Positions 10,096 to 20,202 are shown, numbered from the stretch's first letter. The stretch is DNA of 64,000 nt from Candidatus Bathyarchaeota archaeon (GCA_026014745.1 JAOZHS010000003.1:40137-104136); one strand, 5' to 3'. Numbers and translations: made by a program. The notes: generated from the sequence alone by a model not told the origin.

Positions 10096-10138
10096 TTATG
10101 CCTTTAGCCAAAACCCTCCATAAAGGCACCCGCACAAC

Positions 10139-10993
10139 TCAGTAACTTAGCTGCAAATTAAAAACAGCAAGCGTCGCCAAAAGCGCCTCTTCAGTGCGAA
10201 CCGTCACAGTGCCTTGATTGGGAACCGTGTTAACAACAAAATCCACCAGCTCCGCAAGCTTTAGGCCCTCGTCTTCAACAATTTCATGTAGCCCCCGAGA
10301 TGGAGCACCAAACCCGACCAACACCCGTTCGCTGCCCATCAATTTCGCGTTGATTTTTCCTGCAACCTCATTGAAGTTGTCGCCGATGCGTGCGGTGGCA
10401 ATCCGCAAATCAAAGTCCTTGTCCTGTACTATTTGCCCAAAGGGTCGTTTCTCGACGCGGACTTTATATGCCCAATATTGAGGTACATCGTCGCGGTTAA
10501 CGACTTGAACTTCGACATGTTCGCCAAGGTTTACCACCTGTGTAGTTAAGCGGTCACCGATGGAGAATTCTCTTTGCCTCAGCAGAGCAGGTTGTTGAAC
10601 GCCGATATCTACCCTTAAGCCTTCTTTTGTTTCAGAGAAAACCTGTCCTTCGCGGTATTCACCGAGTTGGAGGTGTTTGGTTTTGCCGCTGGATGGATGG
10701 TTAGGTGTACGCAGTGGGGGGAGTATGCCTGCGTATTCGAGGCTGGGTTGCAACGCAAACATCCGCTTCCGCAAATACTGAGGCGTCTCCAAATAATTCA
10801 ACAACAATGCCATTAGTTCGAGGTCGCGGCGTTGATCTACTCTGGCGTCGTCTGGGTAAACTATGATTTCGTCTATGCGGAAAATTGCTGCTGCTCGTCC
10901 GATTAACCCGATTTTGCCTGTTTTTTCTCGAAGATGCGGCGTGTCCGATATGACGGAGGCGGGAATGGCTATTGAGACTTTCTTTTTACTCAT
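10139..10993 (-). CDS. SPOUT-class RNA methyltransferase (DUF171/MTH1 family)
   Basis: 'IGRAAAIFRIDEI', 'YLETPQYLRK', 'GILPPLRTPNH', 'NQGTVTVRTEEA'. Confidence 0.92.
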   Translation of the reverse strand: MSKKKVSIAIPASVISDTPHLREKTGKIGLIGRAAAIFRIDEIIVYPDDARVDQRRDLELMALLLNYLETPQYLRKRMFALQPSLEYAGILPPLRTPNHPSSGKTKHLQLGEYREGQVFSETKEGLRVDIGVQQPALLRQREFSIGDRLTTQVVNLGEHVEVQVVNRDDVPQYWAYKVRVEKRPFGQIVQDKDFDLRIATARIGDNFNEVAGKINAKLMGSERVLVGFGAPSRGLHEIVEDEGLKLAELVDFVVNTVPNQGTVTVRTEEALLATLAVFNLQLSY

Positions 10994-11074
10994 ATCATAG
11001 TTTCCTGTATGTGTGTCAGTTTAGTTACTACGTTGTGCTTAAAAGGTGGAGAAGAGATATAAAAATACGGGTTA

Positions 11075-12193
11075 ATGGAGGATTACTTTGTGTCCACGCC
11101 CATTTTAGATGACCCCGAAAAAATAAAATCCGCTGATAAAAGTGACATGCTAAAGTACTGTATCCACGCTGCACAGCATTACCGAAAAGCAGCAGATATA
11201 GCAGAGTCAATAACAACCAATTATCCTAAACCAAGCAACATCATTGTGGCAGGCATGGGCGGCTCAGCCATAGGCGGCGACCTACTAAAGGACTGGTGCA
11301 AAAACAAGCTATCTGTTCCCATCGAGGTAAACCGCGAATATCATCTCCCCGCCTACGCAGATAACAAAACACTGGTACTAATCACTAGTTACTCAGGCGA
11401 CACCGAAGAAACCCTCAGTAACTACCTTGATGCCTTGCAACGTAAATGCATGATTTTCTGCGTTACAAGCGGTGGGGTCTTACTCAAAGACGCCCAGAAA
11501 CGTGGCATCCCCTCCATTCAGGTTCCCGGCGTCATGCCCCCCCGAGCAGCCTTGCCCTACATGTTTGTTCCCCTGATAATTTATCTCCAAAAGGCAGGAT
11601 TAATCGCAGGTGCCCTTGAGGAATTAGACGAAGCCATCGAGGTTATGGAACATATCAGCATCGAAAACGGTCCTGAAAAGCTAACTCGAGACAATTTTGC
11701 CAAAACAACCGCATACTATATCGGTGAAACCGCCCCCGTTGTCTATGGCTTCGGCGTTTTTCGCAGCGTTGCCCAACGCTTTAAGCAGCAATTCAACGAA
11801 AACAGCAAATCTGCCGCAAAATGGGAGTTTTTCCCCGAATTAAACCATAACGAAATCGTAGGCTGGGAAAGCCGCGACGAACAATGCAAGTATTTCTCGG
11901 TAATTCTCATTCGCGACATCGACAATGAACCCTTTGAAATCGCCGACAGAATCGATGTAACCCAACAGATCTTAGAGCGAAAGGGGCTCATAATGTTTGA
12001 GCTAAAAGTGCAGGGTAAAAGCCCGCTGGCAAAGATGCTGTCCACGATTGTTATCGGCGACTTCATCAGCGTCTACTTAGCTGTGCTGCGCAAAGCAGAC
12101 CCCACACCTGTAGCAACCATAAACTACCTCAAAGAAAGCCTCAAACAAAACGGGTTCAGAGAAAAAATAATCGAGGAATTAGAAAAGCTGTAG
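11075..12193 (+). CDS. Bifunctional phosphoglucose/phosphomannose isomerase
   Basis: 'GMGGSAIGGD', 'SYSGDTEET', 'PRAA', 'QFNENSK', 'ELNHNEI'. Confidence 0.93.
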   Translation: MEDYFVSTPILDDPEKIKSADKSDMLKYCIHAAQHYRKAADIAESITTNYPKPSNIIVAGMGGSAIGGDLLKDWCKNKLSVPIEVNREYHLPAYADNKTLVLITSYSGDTEETLSNYLDALQRKCMIFCVTSGGVLLKDAQKRGIPSIQVPGVMPPRAALPYMFVPLIIYLQKAGLIAGALEELDEAIEVMEHISIENGPEKLTRDNFAKTTAYYIGETAPVVYGFGVFRSVAQRFKQQFNENSKSAAKWEFFPELNHNEIVGWESRDEQCKYFSVILIRDIDNEPFEIADRIDVTQQILERKGLIMFELKVQGKSPLAKMLSTIVIGDFISVYLAVLRKADPTPVATINYLKESLKQNGFREKIIEELEKL

Positions 12194-12197
12194 ACGG

Positions 12198-12728
12198 TCA
12201 CCATTTTTCCTTATGCACAATCTCTTCTAGGTTTTTTCTTTGATCAGCACCCACGGCTGCACGGACACGTCTACTTGCTTCGCTATCTTCTGCAGGATAC
12301 CCCAACGGCGTCAAAGCCACCACCTTTACATCGCCAGGAACGCCAAGAGCCGCTTTAACTGACGCTTCATCGAAGGCACCTATCCAGCAAGTTCCTAACC
12401 CAAGGTTAGAGGCGGCCAAAACCAACTGCTGCAACGCAATACCAACATCAACGAGGTAGTAGTCCATGCCGTTGCGGAAACCTGACTCTTTAGGGTCAGC
12501 ACACGCCACAATCACAACGGGTGCCTGCTTTATCCAGCTAAATTTGCCACAGATTTTTTCAATTCGGGCTTTGTCTTTAACAACAATGTATCTGGCGCAT
12601 TGCCTGTTTGCCCATGAAGGCGCCCAACGTGCCGCCTCTAAAATCTGTGTTAACTTCTCTTCCTCTACAGCCTTGTTAGCATAGTCTCGAATGCTTTTTC
12701 GCGAAGTAATTACATCCGCAAAGTCCAT
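12198..12728 (-). CDS. Nitroreductase family protein
   Basis: 'RKSIRDY', 'ARWAPSWANRQ', 'LGLGTCWIG', 'LGYP'. Confidence 0.93.
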   Translation of the reverse strand: MDFADVITSRKSIRDYANKAVEEEKLTQILEAARWAPSWANRQCARYIVVKDKARIEKICGKFSWIKQAPVVIVACADPKESGFRNGMDYYLVDVGIALQQLVLAASNLGLGTCWIGAFDEASVKAALGVPGDVKVVALTPLGYPAEDSEASRRVRAAVGADQRKNLEEIVHKEKW

Positions 12729-12827
12729 AATTTCGTCACTAAAAACAAACAGAGAAACAAAGAATATACAAATATTGGCGAATAAATCGACTGTCGAAAT
12801 TTGAGGCTAATTTACAAAAAGAAAGAA

Positions 12828-13118
12828 TTATTTTTGGGTTTGTTTTGCCCATTCTTCTTTTGCCATTTTCGCTAGGGCTTCGAGGTTAGCTTGTTGAGAT
12901 AAATCGTAGACTACATTGTTTAATTCGTTTTTGACCAGCAACGCGATTTCGCCGGGGCGTAGTGGTTCAGGCCTTGTAGATTGGTAAACGCGCAGTGCAC
13001 GCATAACGAAGTGCACCATTAACTCGTTTAGGTGATTTTGCAGGTCGGTTAACTCGTTTTTGTCTTCTTTCATTTTCTGCGAATAAGTACTTGAATCCCA
13101 TTTTCCTTCGTTTGACAT
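12828..13118 (-). CDS. Hypothetical helical protein
   Basis: 96-aa ORF filling the gap co-directionally after pyrG. Confidence 0.7.
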   Translation of the reverse strand: MSNEGKWDSSTYSQKMKEDKNELTDLQNHLNELMVHFVMRALRVYQSTRPEPLRPGEIALLVKNELNNVVYDLSQQANLEALAKMAKEEWAKQTQK

Positions 13119-13180
13119 AATGATTCAATCCGTTAAGCACTCATGTCAACGGAACATTATAGCTTTTACTAAAAAAGAGA

Positions 13181-14830
13181 CTAAGAAAAGGAAAGTTTGG
13201 GCTTGCCCAGTTTCTTATTTACGCAAGCTTGGATAAAACCAAAATATTCAGGCGAGGGGCGTCCAGGTCGACTTCTGAATTCACCATGGAATTGGCTGGC
13301 AAAGTAGAAGTAATTCTTGAGGTACTCGAGGGTTTCCATGCGTCTGCCGTCACTGCTTTTGCCTGTGAAGCGCAAGCCATTGTTTTTGAGAACTTCGATA
13401 TAGTCAAGGTTGACTTCGAAGCGGTGGCGGTGGCGTTCATAGATTTCTTCACATCCAAACATATTGTAGGCTACGCTGCCCTTCTCAAGAATAACTTTGT
13501 GGGCACCCAACCGCATTGTTGCGCCTTTAGCTTCGATACCGCGTTGCTCAGGCATCAAGTCAATAACGGGATAAGGAGTGTCAGGATTGATTTCAGTGCT
13601 GTTAGCATCTTTTAGACCGCAGACGTTACGTGCAAATTCAATGACAGCCAACTGGAAGCCATAACATATGCCTAAGAAGGGGATGTCGTGTTCACGTGCA
13701 TATTTTGCGGCGGCGATTTTGCCTTCAGTGCCGCGTGGACCAAAGCCGTAGGGAACAAAGACGCCGTCATAACCAGCGAGTTCCTCAATACATTGAGGTT
13801 CACGCTCGTATTTTTCAGCTTCAAGATAGGATATGCAGACTTTGGCTTTATTTGCCGCGCCGCCGTGCCGCAGGGCTTCAGTCATGCTAACATAGCTATC
13901 AGTTAACCCTGCGTATTTGCCAACTAACGCAATTTTAACTTCATGTTCTGGATGAACCATGGCGTCAACGAATGTTTGCCATTGGCTGAAGTCTTTGGTT
14001 TCATATTTAAGACCAAGACGTTGACAGACAAAGTCGCCCATGCCCTGCTTATCCAAGATGAGTGGCACTTGATAGACAGTTTCGGCGTTGTATGAGCAGA
14101 AGACTGCTGCTTCGGGGATGGTACCGAACAAGGCGATTTTGCGGAGTGCCTCAGAATCAATCATGACGGGGCTGCGGGCAACGATGGTGTCAGGTTGAAT
14201 ACCGATGCGACGCAGTTCGTTTACGCTGTGCTGGAGCGGTTTAGTTTTCATTTCGCCGGTAACATCCAAGACGGGTACCAACGCGACATGCACATAGAGG
14301 GTGTTTTCGTAACCTTCCTCGACACGCATCTGACGAATAGCCTCCAAGAAAGGCAAGCCTTCAATGTCGCCGACCGTGCCGCCAACCTCGGTTAAAACGA
14401 TGTCGGCGTTTACGGCTTTACCCGCGTTTTTGATGCGATTTTTAATTTCGTTAGTGACGTGAGGGACGATTTGGACGCATCTGCCCAAAAAGTCGCCGTG
14501 ACGTTCTTTTTCGATTACGCTGCGGTAGATGGTTCCGGTGGTTAAATTGTTGCTTTGTTTGAGGCTGAGATCCAAGAAGCGTTCATACCAGCCCAAGTCT
14601 AGGTCTGTTTCGCCTCCGTCATCGGTGACGAAGACTTCGCCGTGCATGTATGGATTCATTGTTCCCGCGTCAATGTTAACGTAGGGGTCGATTTTTACGA
14701 CAGTGGGTTTTAAGCCTCTTGCTTGGAGCATTTTGCCGATTGAAGAAGTTAAGATACCTTTACCAACTGAGCTTAACACGCCGCCTGTTACGAAAATGTA
14801 CTTAACCATTTTTTTCCCCGTTATAACCAC
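13181..14830 (-). CDS. pyrG: CTP synthase (likely start at ATG 14809)
   Basis: '[16 protein letters not shown]', '[17 protein letters not shown]', glutaminase 'GICYG', 'QFHGEF'. Confidence 0.98.
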   Translation of the reverse strand: MVITGKKMVKYIFVTGGVLSSVGKGILTSSIGKMLQARGLKPTVVKIDPYVNIDAGTMNPYMHGEVFVTDDGGETDLDLGWYERFLDLSLKQSNNLTTGTIYRSVIEKERHGDFLGRCVQIVPHVTNEIKNRIKNAGKAVNADIVLTEVGGTVGDIEGLPFLEAIRQMRVEEGYENTLYVHVALVPVLDVTGEMKTKPLQHSVNELRRIGIQPDTIVARSPVMIDSEALRKIALFGTIPEAAVFCSYNAETVYQVPLILDKQGMGDFVCQRLGLKYETKDFSQWQTFVDAMVHPEHEVKIALVGKYAGLTDSYVSMTEALRHGGAANKAKVCISYLEAEKYEREPQCIEELAGYDGVFVPYGFGPRGTEGKIAAAKYAREHDIPFLGICYGFQLAVIEFARNVCGLKDANSTEINPDTPYPVIDLMPEQRGIEAKGATMRLGAHKVILEKGSVAYNMFGCEEIYERHRHRFEVNLDYIEVLKNNGLRFTGKSSDGRRMETLEYLKNYFYFASQFHGEFRSRPGRPSPEYFGFIQACVNKKLGKPKLSFS

Positions 14831-14920
14831 TACCTTTCAAGCAGTCTTAATATAACTCTTTTGTGTGCAACGCTGAAAAACCGTGCAATTAAGCATCATT
14901 AAAACAGAAAAAATATACAA

Positions 14921-15259
14921 TTATTGGGGTGCAGACATGGAATATTTGCGGTTGCGTCTAAGTCCCCAAATCAAAAGCCAAATGCCAATCACCACCAAAA
15001 CCAGCGGCCAGAAATACGCCCAGAACAAACCCAAGGTTCCAGTGAGTGCTGCTAAACCCAAGAAAACTATGATTAAGCCCGCGATGAGTAACCCTATGCC
15101 GCCACCCTGATGGTGATAATGATAATCGCCTTGGTAGTGACGATGCACGTGTCGATAGTTAACTCTGCAATCTACGTACAGGGGAGAACCGCAGTTTGAA
15201 CAATTCGTTGCTACTTCAGGGTTTAATGTTCCGCATTTTGTGCAATAAACCAAAGCCAT
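14921..15259 (-). CDS. Zinc-ribbon + DUF5668/LiaF-like membrane protein
   Basis: CTKCG...CSNCG, His-rich linker, two TMs with 'FWPLVLVVIG'. Confidence 0.8.
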   Translation of the reverse strand: MALVYCTKCGTLNPEVATNCSNCGSPLYVDCRVNYRHVHRHYQGDYHYHHQGGGIGLLIAGLIIVFLGLAALTGTLGLFWAYFWPLVLVVIGIWLLIWGLRRNRKYSMSAPQ

Positions 15260-15381
15260 ATCCTCGATACGCTTGTAGATGTCTGTGGACTCATAAAATT
15301 TTTGGTCGCTTTCAGAAAAGCTACAGAAATCTGCTGCATAAAATATTAATTAAAGGCAGCATATACTAAACGAGACATAAA

Positions 15382-15615
15382 ATGCCACAAGCCTTCGTAT
15401 TAATCAACGTAGAATCTGGAGCCGAAGAAGAAGTAGTCAACCAACTAAAACAGGTCGAAGGCATCCAAGAAGCCTACTTCTCCTATGGCGTTTACGACAT
15501 AATCACCAAGATAAAAGCAGACTCCATGGAGAAACTCAAAGACACAGTAACCCGCAAAATCCGAACCCTAAACAGAGTTCGTTCAACGCTAACACTCATC
15601 ATGATGGAAGAATAA
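15382..15615 (+). CDS. Stand-alone Lrp/AsnC ligand-binding (RAM) domain, copy 1
   Basis: 'AFVLINVESG...GVYDIITKI...VRSTLT'; no HTH. Confidence 0.92.
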   Translation: MPQAFVLINVESGAEEEVVNQLKQVEGIQEAYFSYGVYDIITKIKADSMEKLKDTVTRKIRTLNRVRSTLTLIMMEE

Positions 15616-15694
15616 GCCTCAACTTATCCTTGTGGAGCCTTTTTGCTATAACCCTTAAATGCCTAGGCACTGAAGGTTAAGCAAGGCAAACCCC

Positions 15695-16750
15695 ATGAAA
15701 CAGCTAAAAGCACCCACACGCCAGCAAGCAGTCATCATCCTTTTAATCGTGGGGTTAATTGCATTCGTAGCCTACTTCTACTTCTACATCAACCCCGCCC
15801 AACTAATTGAGATTCTTGCCCAAACCAACCTCGTTTACTTCGCCGGCGCGTTTATCGCCTACAGCCTCTACGTTCTTTTCTCGTCGCTGGTCTGGCAAAA
15901 CCTCCTAACAAACCTCTCCATAGACGTATCCAAACGCAAAGCCCTCCTCTACACATGGGTCGGCCTCTTCTTTGAAGCCACAGTCCCTCAACTGGGATGG
16001 TCCGCGGAGATATCCAAAACCTATCTCCTCTCCAAAGACACAAAAGTAGACGCAGAACGAATCGGTGCCTCCGTGGTTGGACAAAAAATCTTCGTCATGA
16101 CCCTGAGCGTTGTTGCGATGGCAGTCGGGTTAACTTCAGTGCTGGTTAGTTATTCATTGCCACCACTTGTCACTTTCCTGATTGGTCTGGTCTTGGGGCT
16201 TTCAGCTTTGACTTTGTCGATGGTCTACTACATCAGCGTTAAGCCTTCCGCCACACAAACCCTTCTAAAATGGGCCATACGGATTGTGTTGATTTTCCGT
16301 AAGAGTTGGAACCCGCAAAGCTTTAAAGAAAAAGCGGAAGACTGGCTGAGTAAGTTTCACCGAGACATCGAGCAACTAAAAGCTAACCCACGCCAACTCA
16401 TCTGCCCCATCATCACCTCAATTATTGCTTTTGTTTGTGAAGTTTCCGTGTTGGCCTTTGCCTTTTTAGCGTTAGGTCAAGCGGTACCTGTTAACGTAAT
16501 CTTGATCGTTTTCACCTTAACCGGAACACTACAAACTGTCGGGGTAACGTTTTTTGGTTTTCCAGAAATAATAATGGCCACGTCGTTTGAGGCGTTAGGT
16601 ATCGTGCCGGCGTCTTTAGGACTTGCGGTAACTTTGTTGGCGCGCGTAGTGAATTTGTGGTTTAGACTGATTGTTTCTTATGCGGCGTTGCAATATGCAG
16701 GGTTAGGCATACTTAAAAGAAAGCCAATCAAACAAGCAGGCAAGCAGTGA
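15695..16750 (+). CDS. UPF0104 / lysylphosphatidylglycerol-synthase TM-like flippase family protein
   Basis: Multi-TM, 'W..LL..L', 'GASVVGQK', 'TLLARVVNLWF'. Confidence 0.82.
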   Translation: MKQLKAPTRQQAVIILLIVGLIAFVAYFYFYINPAQLIEILAQTNLVYFAGAFIAYSLYVLFSSLVWQNLLTNLSIDVSKRKALLYTWVGLFFEATVPQLGWSAEISKTYLLSKDTKVDAERIGASVVGQKIFVMTLSVVAMAVGLTSVLVSYSLPPLVTFLIGLVLGLSALTLSMVYYISVKPSATQTLLKWAIRIVLIFRKSWNPQSFKEKAEDWLSKFHRDIEQLKANPRQLICPIITSIIAFVCEVSVLAFAFLALGQAVPVNVILIVFTLTGTLQTVGVTFFGFPEIIMATSFEALGIVPASLGLAVTLLARVVNLWFRLIVSYAALQYAGLGILKRKPIKQAGKQ

Positions 16751-16864
16751 ATTTTTCTCTTGAATATAGGGAGCATTTTTTACTTTCCTGTTCATTTTGC
16801 GGGTTTTTTCTGTTAGGAAAGATTTTAATGCAGTCTCCCTAATTCAATTACATAGAGGATCTTT

Positions 16865-17104
16865 ATGCCCACAGCGTTTGTGTTGATAAACACTGAGATA
16901 GGCTCAGAATCAGACGTTTTAAATGAACTCAAAAAAGTTGAGGGTGTCGAGGAATCGTCAGCTGTTTATGGAGTATATGACATCGTAGCACGAGTTAAAG
17001 CCGACACCATGGATAGACTAAAAGAAATCGTAACTTGGCGTGTAAGGCGCCTTGACAAAGTCCGCTCAACACTCACCATGATTGTTGTAGAGGACAAAGT
17101 CTAA
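16865..17104 (+). CDS. Stand-alone Lrp/AsnC RAM domain, copy 2
   Basis: 'AFVLINTEIG...GVYDIVARV...VRSTLT'. Confidence 0.92.
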   Translation: MPTAFVLINTEIGSESDVLNELKKVEGVEESSAVYGVYDIVARVKADTMDRLKEIVTWRVRRLDKVRSTLTMIVVEDKV

Positions 17105-17192
17105 ACTTTCTTTTTTCTTTCAAAAAACGGCTAATATTGATTTTTAGTTCATAAGAATTTTTAACAAAACCCACAGAGTAACTGTGATAACT

Positions 17193-17297
17193 ATGGAAAA
17201 ACAGTTTAGATGCCCTTGGTGTGGCAACAACTTTCAGAATGGGAAAGAACTTGACGCACACGCACGAGGCCACTATATTAGGCAAAGTTCAGCTTAG
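17193..17297 (+). CDS. 34-aa single C2H2 zinc-finger micro-protein (MEKQFRCPWCGNNFQNGKELDAHARGHYIRQSSA); absent from ORF track
   Basis: Hand translation; exact F-x-C-x2-C-x3-F-x5-L-x2-H-x3-H spacing; GTGA upstream of ATG. Confidence 0.8.
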   Translation: MEKQFRCPWCGNNFQNGKELDAHARGHYIRQSSA

Positions 17298-17316
17298 CCT
17301 CTTAACGCTAAACAAG

Positions 17317-17342
17317 TTGTGACTGTGCCGATACAGTCACAT
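17317..17342. promoter_or_regulatory. Second copy of 26-bp palindrome (TTGTGACTGTGCCGATACAGTCACAT)
   Basis: 23/26 identical to 7015-7040; abuts TATA-like TTTTAAA at ~17346. Confidence 0.7.
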
Positions 17343-17614
17343 AATTTTAAATTTTTTGCAAAGGAGTAGTGAGTCCTGTGCGTCATAGAGGTAGAGCCAA
17401 ATGAGTCCAAACTCAAAAAAAATCTGCATGCGACATAATACCCAACCCGCAGGCAGAGGTGACTCTACCCGTAGAAGCACCGAACTTTTTGTTGGTTGGC
17501 AGAGGAGGCTTGGAAAAATGCATGTTTTTTCGTGTATCCCTTAAAGCAGGAAGAGCACTCCAACCTCTAAAGCCAACCCAATCCGACCAAATGAAAGGAG
17601 TTGAAAGATAAATA

Positions 17615-17896
17615 ATGCCAACAGCCTACGTTCTTTTGAACACTGAGATTGGATCAGAAGACGAAGTTTTGAGCGCAATAGAAAAAGTTGAAGGCGTAAC
17701 CGAAGTCCATTGCCTTTGGGGCGTCTATGATATTATCGCGACCGTTGAAGCAGAAAGCATCGAAAAATTAACCCACATAATCACCAAAAACATCGGAAAC
17801 ATCAGCCATATAAACTCAAAACTAACTATGCTAATCCACGACGAAACATCCACTCTGCGAGACGGCTTATTGGAAGAAACACCGCTTATCCAATAA
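17615..17896 (+). CDS. Stand-alone Lrp/AsnC RAM domain, copy 3
   Basis: 'AYVLLNTEIG...GVYDIIATV'. Confidence 0.9.
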   Translation: MPTAYVLLNTEIGSEDEVLSAIEKVEGVTEVHCLWGVYDIIATVEAESIEKLTHIITKNIGNISHINSKLTMLIHDETSTLRDGLLEETPLIQ

Positions 17897-17960
17897 GGCC
17901 CACAAAATTTTTTTAGTCCCCCCGTACCCTTCTTTCTTAATATCTTAGGAGCAGCCACCC

Positions 17961-19304
17961 TTGACAAGCCATCATACAATGCATATTGGACTCGACGACA
18001 CAGACTCAACTAAAGGCGGCTGCACTACCTATCTTACCGCTTGCCTAATCGAAAAACTCGAACCGTTCCACGTTAAATTTCTTGATTATCCACGACTTAT
18101 CAGACTAAACCCCAACGTTCCTTGGAAAACCCGTGGCAACGGAGCTTTATGCCTAAGCTTCGCCTACAATCCCCAAGACGAAGAAGCCATTAAAGAAACA
18201 GCCTACAACTTCTGGGAACAACATGCCGCCGTAAAAATGAGGGGCACCGACCCGGGAATCGTCATTTACCAACAGGATGAAATTCCCGCGGAACTAAAAG
18301 CATACGCCAAAAAAACTGAAACCACCGTTATCAAACTCAAAGAAGCTATGGCGCTCATCAAACGTTTGGGCGCGGAAGCTTGTGGATACAACACCTGCCG
18401 GGGCATCATTGGCGCATTGGCAGCCATCGGCGAAACTCTCGAAGGCGACTACACTTACGAACTCATCGCTTATCGTACCCCCGAAAACTTGGGCACGAAA
18501 CGTCGCGTCGATGAAGCATCGATTTTTGAGATGGACAAACAGACCACGCCATACACGTTCAATAATGTTGACACAGAGAAAGGTCGTGTTATCATTACTC
18601 CGCGAGGACCTGACCCAATTCTCTTTGGAATCCGAGGCGAATCCGCAGATATCGTGAAGAAAGCCTTTGGTATAGTGAAGCCTCAAGAACCCGTGGAGCG
18701 CTGGGTAATTTTCCGCAGCAACCAAGGCACCGACGCCCACCTCACCCCCCTGCCAACTCTCTCAGAGCTTGCCCCCTATTGTAGCGTTATCGTCAAAGGA
18801 ACTGTATCTAAACCTCCCCGAATTGTTCCAGTCCGCCATGTAATCTTTAGCATCAAAGACGCAACAGAGGAAGTTGACTGTGCCGCCTACGAACCAACGG
18901 GCGACCTCCGAAAAATTGCGCGAGAACTCCAAATCGGCGATACCTTAGAAGTAACGGGTGCCGTCCACAAAGCCACCGCTACTAAACCCCAGACAATTAA
19001 CCTTGAAAAAATCCGTATCCTCACCCTAAAACAGCAAACAGTCGCCTCAAACCCGCTGTGCCCTAACTGTGGGAAACGCCTCAAATCCATGGGCAAAAAC
19101 CAAGGCTTCCGCTGCGACCGCTGTGGCGGCAGATATACCGAACTTAAAAAAACCGAGGTGCCGCTACCCCGAACCCTTAAACCTGGACTATATGTACCTT
19201 CTACTCGGAGCCAGCGCCACTTGACTAAACCTTTGCGGCGTTATGGACAGGAAAAAAGCTGCAACAACACACCTCGTCTGATTAATGAGTGGCATTTGCC
19301 ATAA
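17961..19304 (+). CDS. tiaS: tRNA(Ile2) agmatinylcytidine synthetase (likely start at ATG 17979)
   Basis: 'IGLDDTDS..GGCTTY', 'LNPNVPWKTRGNGA', 'GPDPILFGIRG', 'SNQGTDAH', C-terminal CPNC...CDRC ribbon. Confidence 0.97.
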   Translation: MTSHHTMHIGLDDTDSTKGGCTTYLTACLIEKLEPFHVKFLDYPRLIRLNPNVPWKTRGNGALCLSFAYNPQDEEAIKETAYNFWEQHAAVKMRGTDPGIVIYQQDEIPAELKAYAKKTETTVIKLKEAMALIKRLGAEACGYNTCRGIIGALAAIGETLEGDYTYELIAYRTPENLGTKRRVDEASIFEMDKQTTPYTFNNVDTEKGRVIITPRGPDPILFGIRGESADIVKKAFGIVKPQEPVERWVIFRSNQGTDAHLTPLPTLSELAPYCSVIVKGTVSKPPRIVPVRHVIFSIKDATEEVDCAAYEPTGDLRKIARELQIGDTLEVTGAVHKATATKPQTINLEKIRILTLKQQTVASNPLCPNCGKRLKSMGKNQGFRCDRCGGRYTELKKTEVPLPRTLKPGLYVPSTRSQRHLTKPLRRYGQEKSCNNTPRLINEWHLP

Positions 19305-19353
19305 GCTGCCGTTAACAGACAAGATTTGTGGTTTTTTGACTCACTATAAGTGA

Positions 19354-19716
19354 GTGAGGCTTATTACGGTGGGCAGAAGGTTCTTTGAGAGAATATCCTA
19401 TGAGAGGAGAATAGGGAAAGTGACCGTGAAGAGTAAAATAACGCCGATAGAAATCGGGAAATTAAGCAACGTGAAATGCTCTATTTGCGGTCGTTTTCTT
19501 TCTGAGTACTCCATCAAAGGCAATGGCAAGTATCCGACTATGTGTACCCGTTGCGTCCTGAATACACCTGCAGTAAAAGAAATCGCCAGCACAGGCAATA
19601 ACGAGCGAATACTTGCAGCATTGGTTAAACAATGGGACATCGACTACGAAAAAGAGCTAGAAAAAAAGTTTGCTAAGATTATCAGGCGCAAACCCACCGC
19701 TGTTGAACCACAATAA
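19354..19716 (+). CDS. Hypothetical basic protein with CxxC...CxxC zinc finger
   Basis: CSIC and CTRC pairs; start uncertain. Confidence 0.55.
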   Translation: MRLITVGRRFFERISYERRIGKVTVKSKITPIEIGKLSNVKCSICGRFLSEYSIKGNGKYPTMCTRCVLNTPAVKEIASTGNNERILAALVKQWDIDYEKELEKKFAKIIRRKPTAVEPQ

Positions 19717-19722
19717 TTCCAA

Positions 19723-20202
19723 TTAATTGAAATATCCTGATAAGGTTTGAGGCGACGTGAAACTGTTACCATTACTTGTGGTGAGCGTTAACGAGTAGCC
19801 TCCCCCATAAGAGAGCGCAACATTGTTTTGGTTGATTGTGAGTTTTTTTACGGTTCCATCCGCGGGAAGGATGCTTTGGACTGTCGTGTCGGTTGCTAGG
19901 GTTTTTCCGTCTGCGTCCTTGAGCGTCAACTGCGTCACAATTATTTCTTGCTCAGACTCTGAGTAGGCTTCAACCGACAAAGCACTGCTACTGTCGACGC
20001 TCACTGATTTGAAGGCAATGGTCTCTACGGGGGTAGCCGTTGGTGTAGGCGTAACTTCAGCAGTAGGAGCAGGAGAGGCAGAAGGGGTTGCGGTAGGGCT
20101 GGAGTCTTTTTGGGGAGCCCAATCAATCTGGGAGGCGCCGACAAGCACCAAAATCACTACGATTAACGTGGTGGCGACAGCTATTACAGTTTTTTGTTTC
20201 AT
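19723..20202 (-). CDS. Hypothetical exported/membrane-anchored protein
   Basis: N-terminal TM, P/T linker, beta-rich domain. Confidence 0.75.
   Translation of the reverse strand: MKQKTVIAVATTLIVVILVLVGASQIDWAPQKDSSPTATPSASPAPTAEVTPTPTATPVETIAFKSVSVDSSSALSVEAYSESEQEIIVTQLTLKDADGKTLATDTTVQSILPADGTVKKLTINQNNVALSYGGGYSLTLTTSNGNSFTSPQTLSGYFN

Noticed and set aside
17384-17500. Lysine riboswitch (AGAGG...GAGT start)
   Set aside because: Only the first few nucleotides resemble it; the kink-turn, loop-E and P1 architecture could not be built
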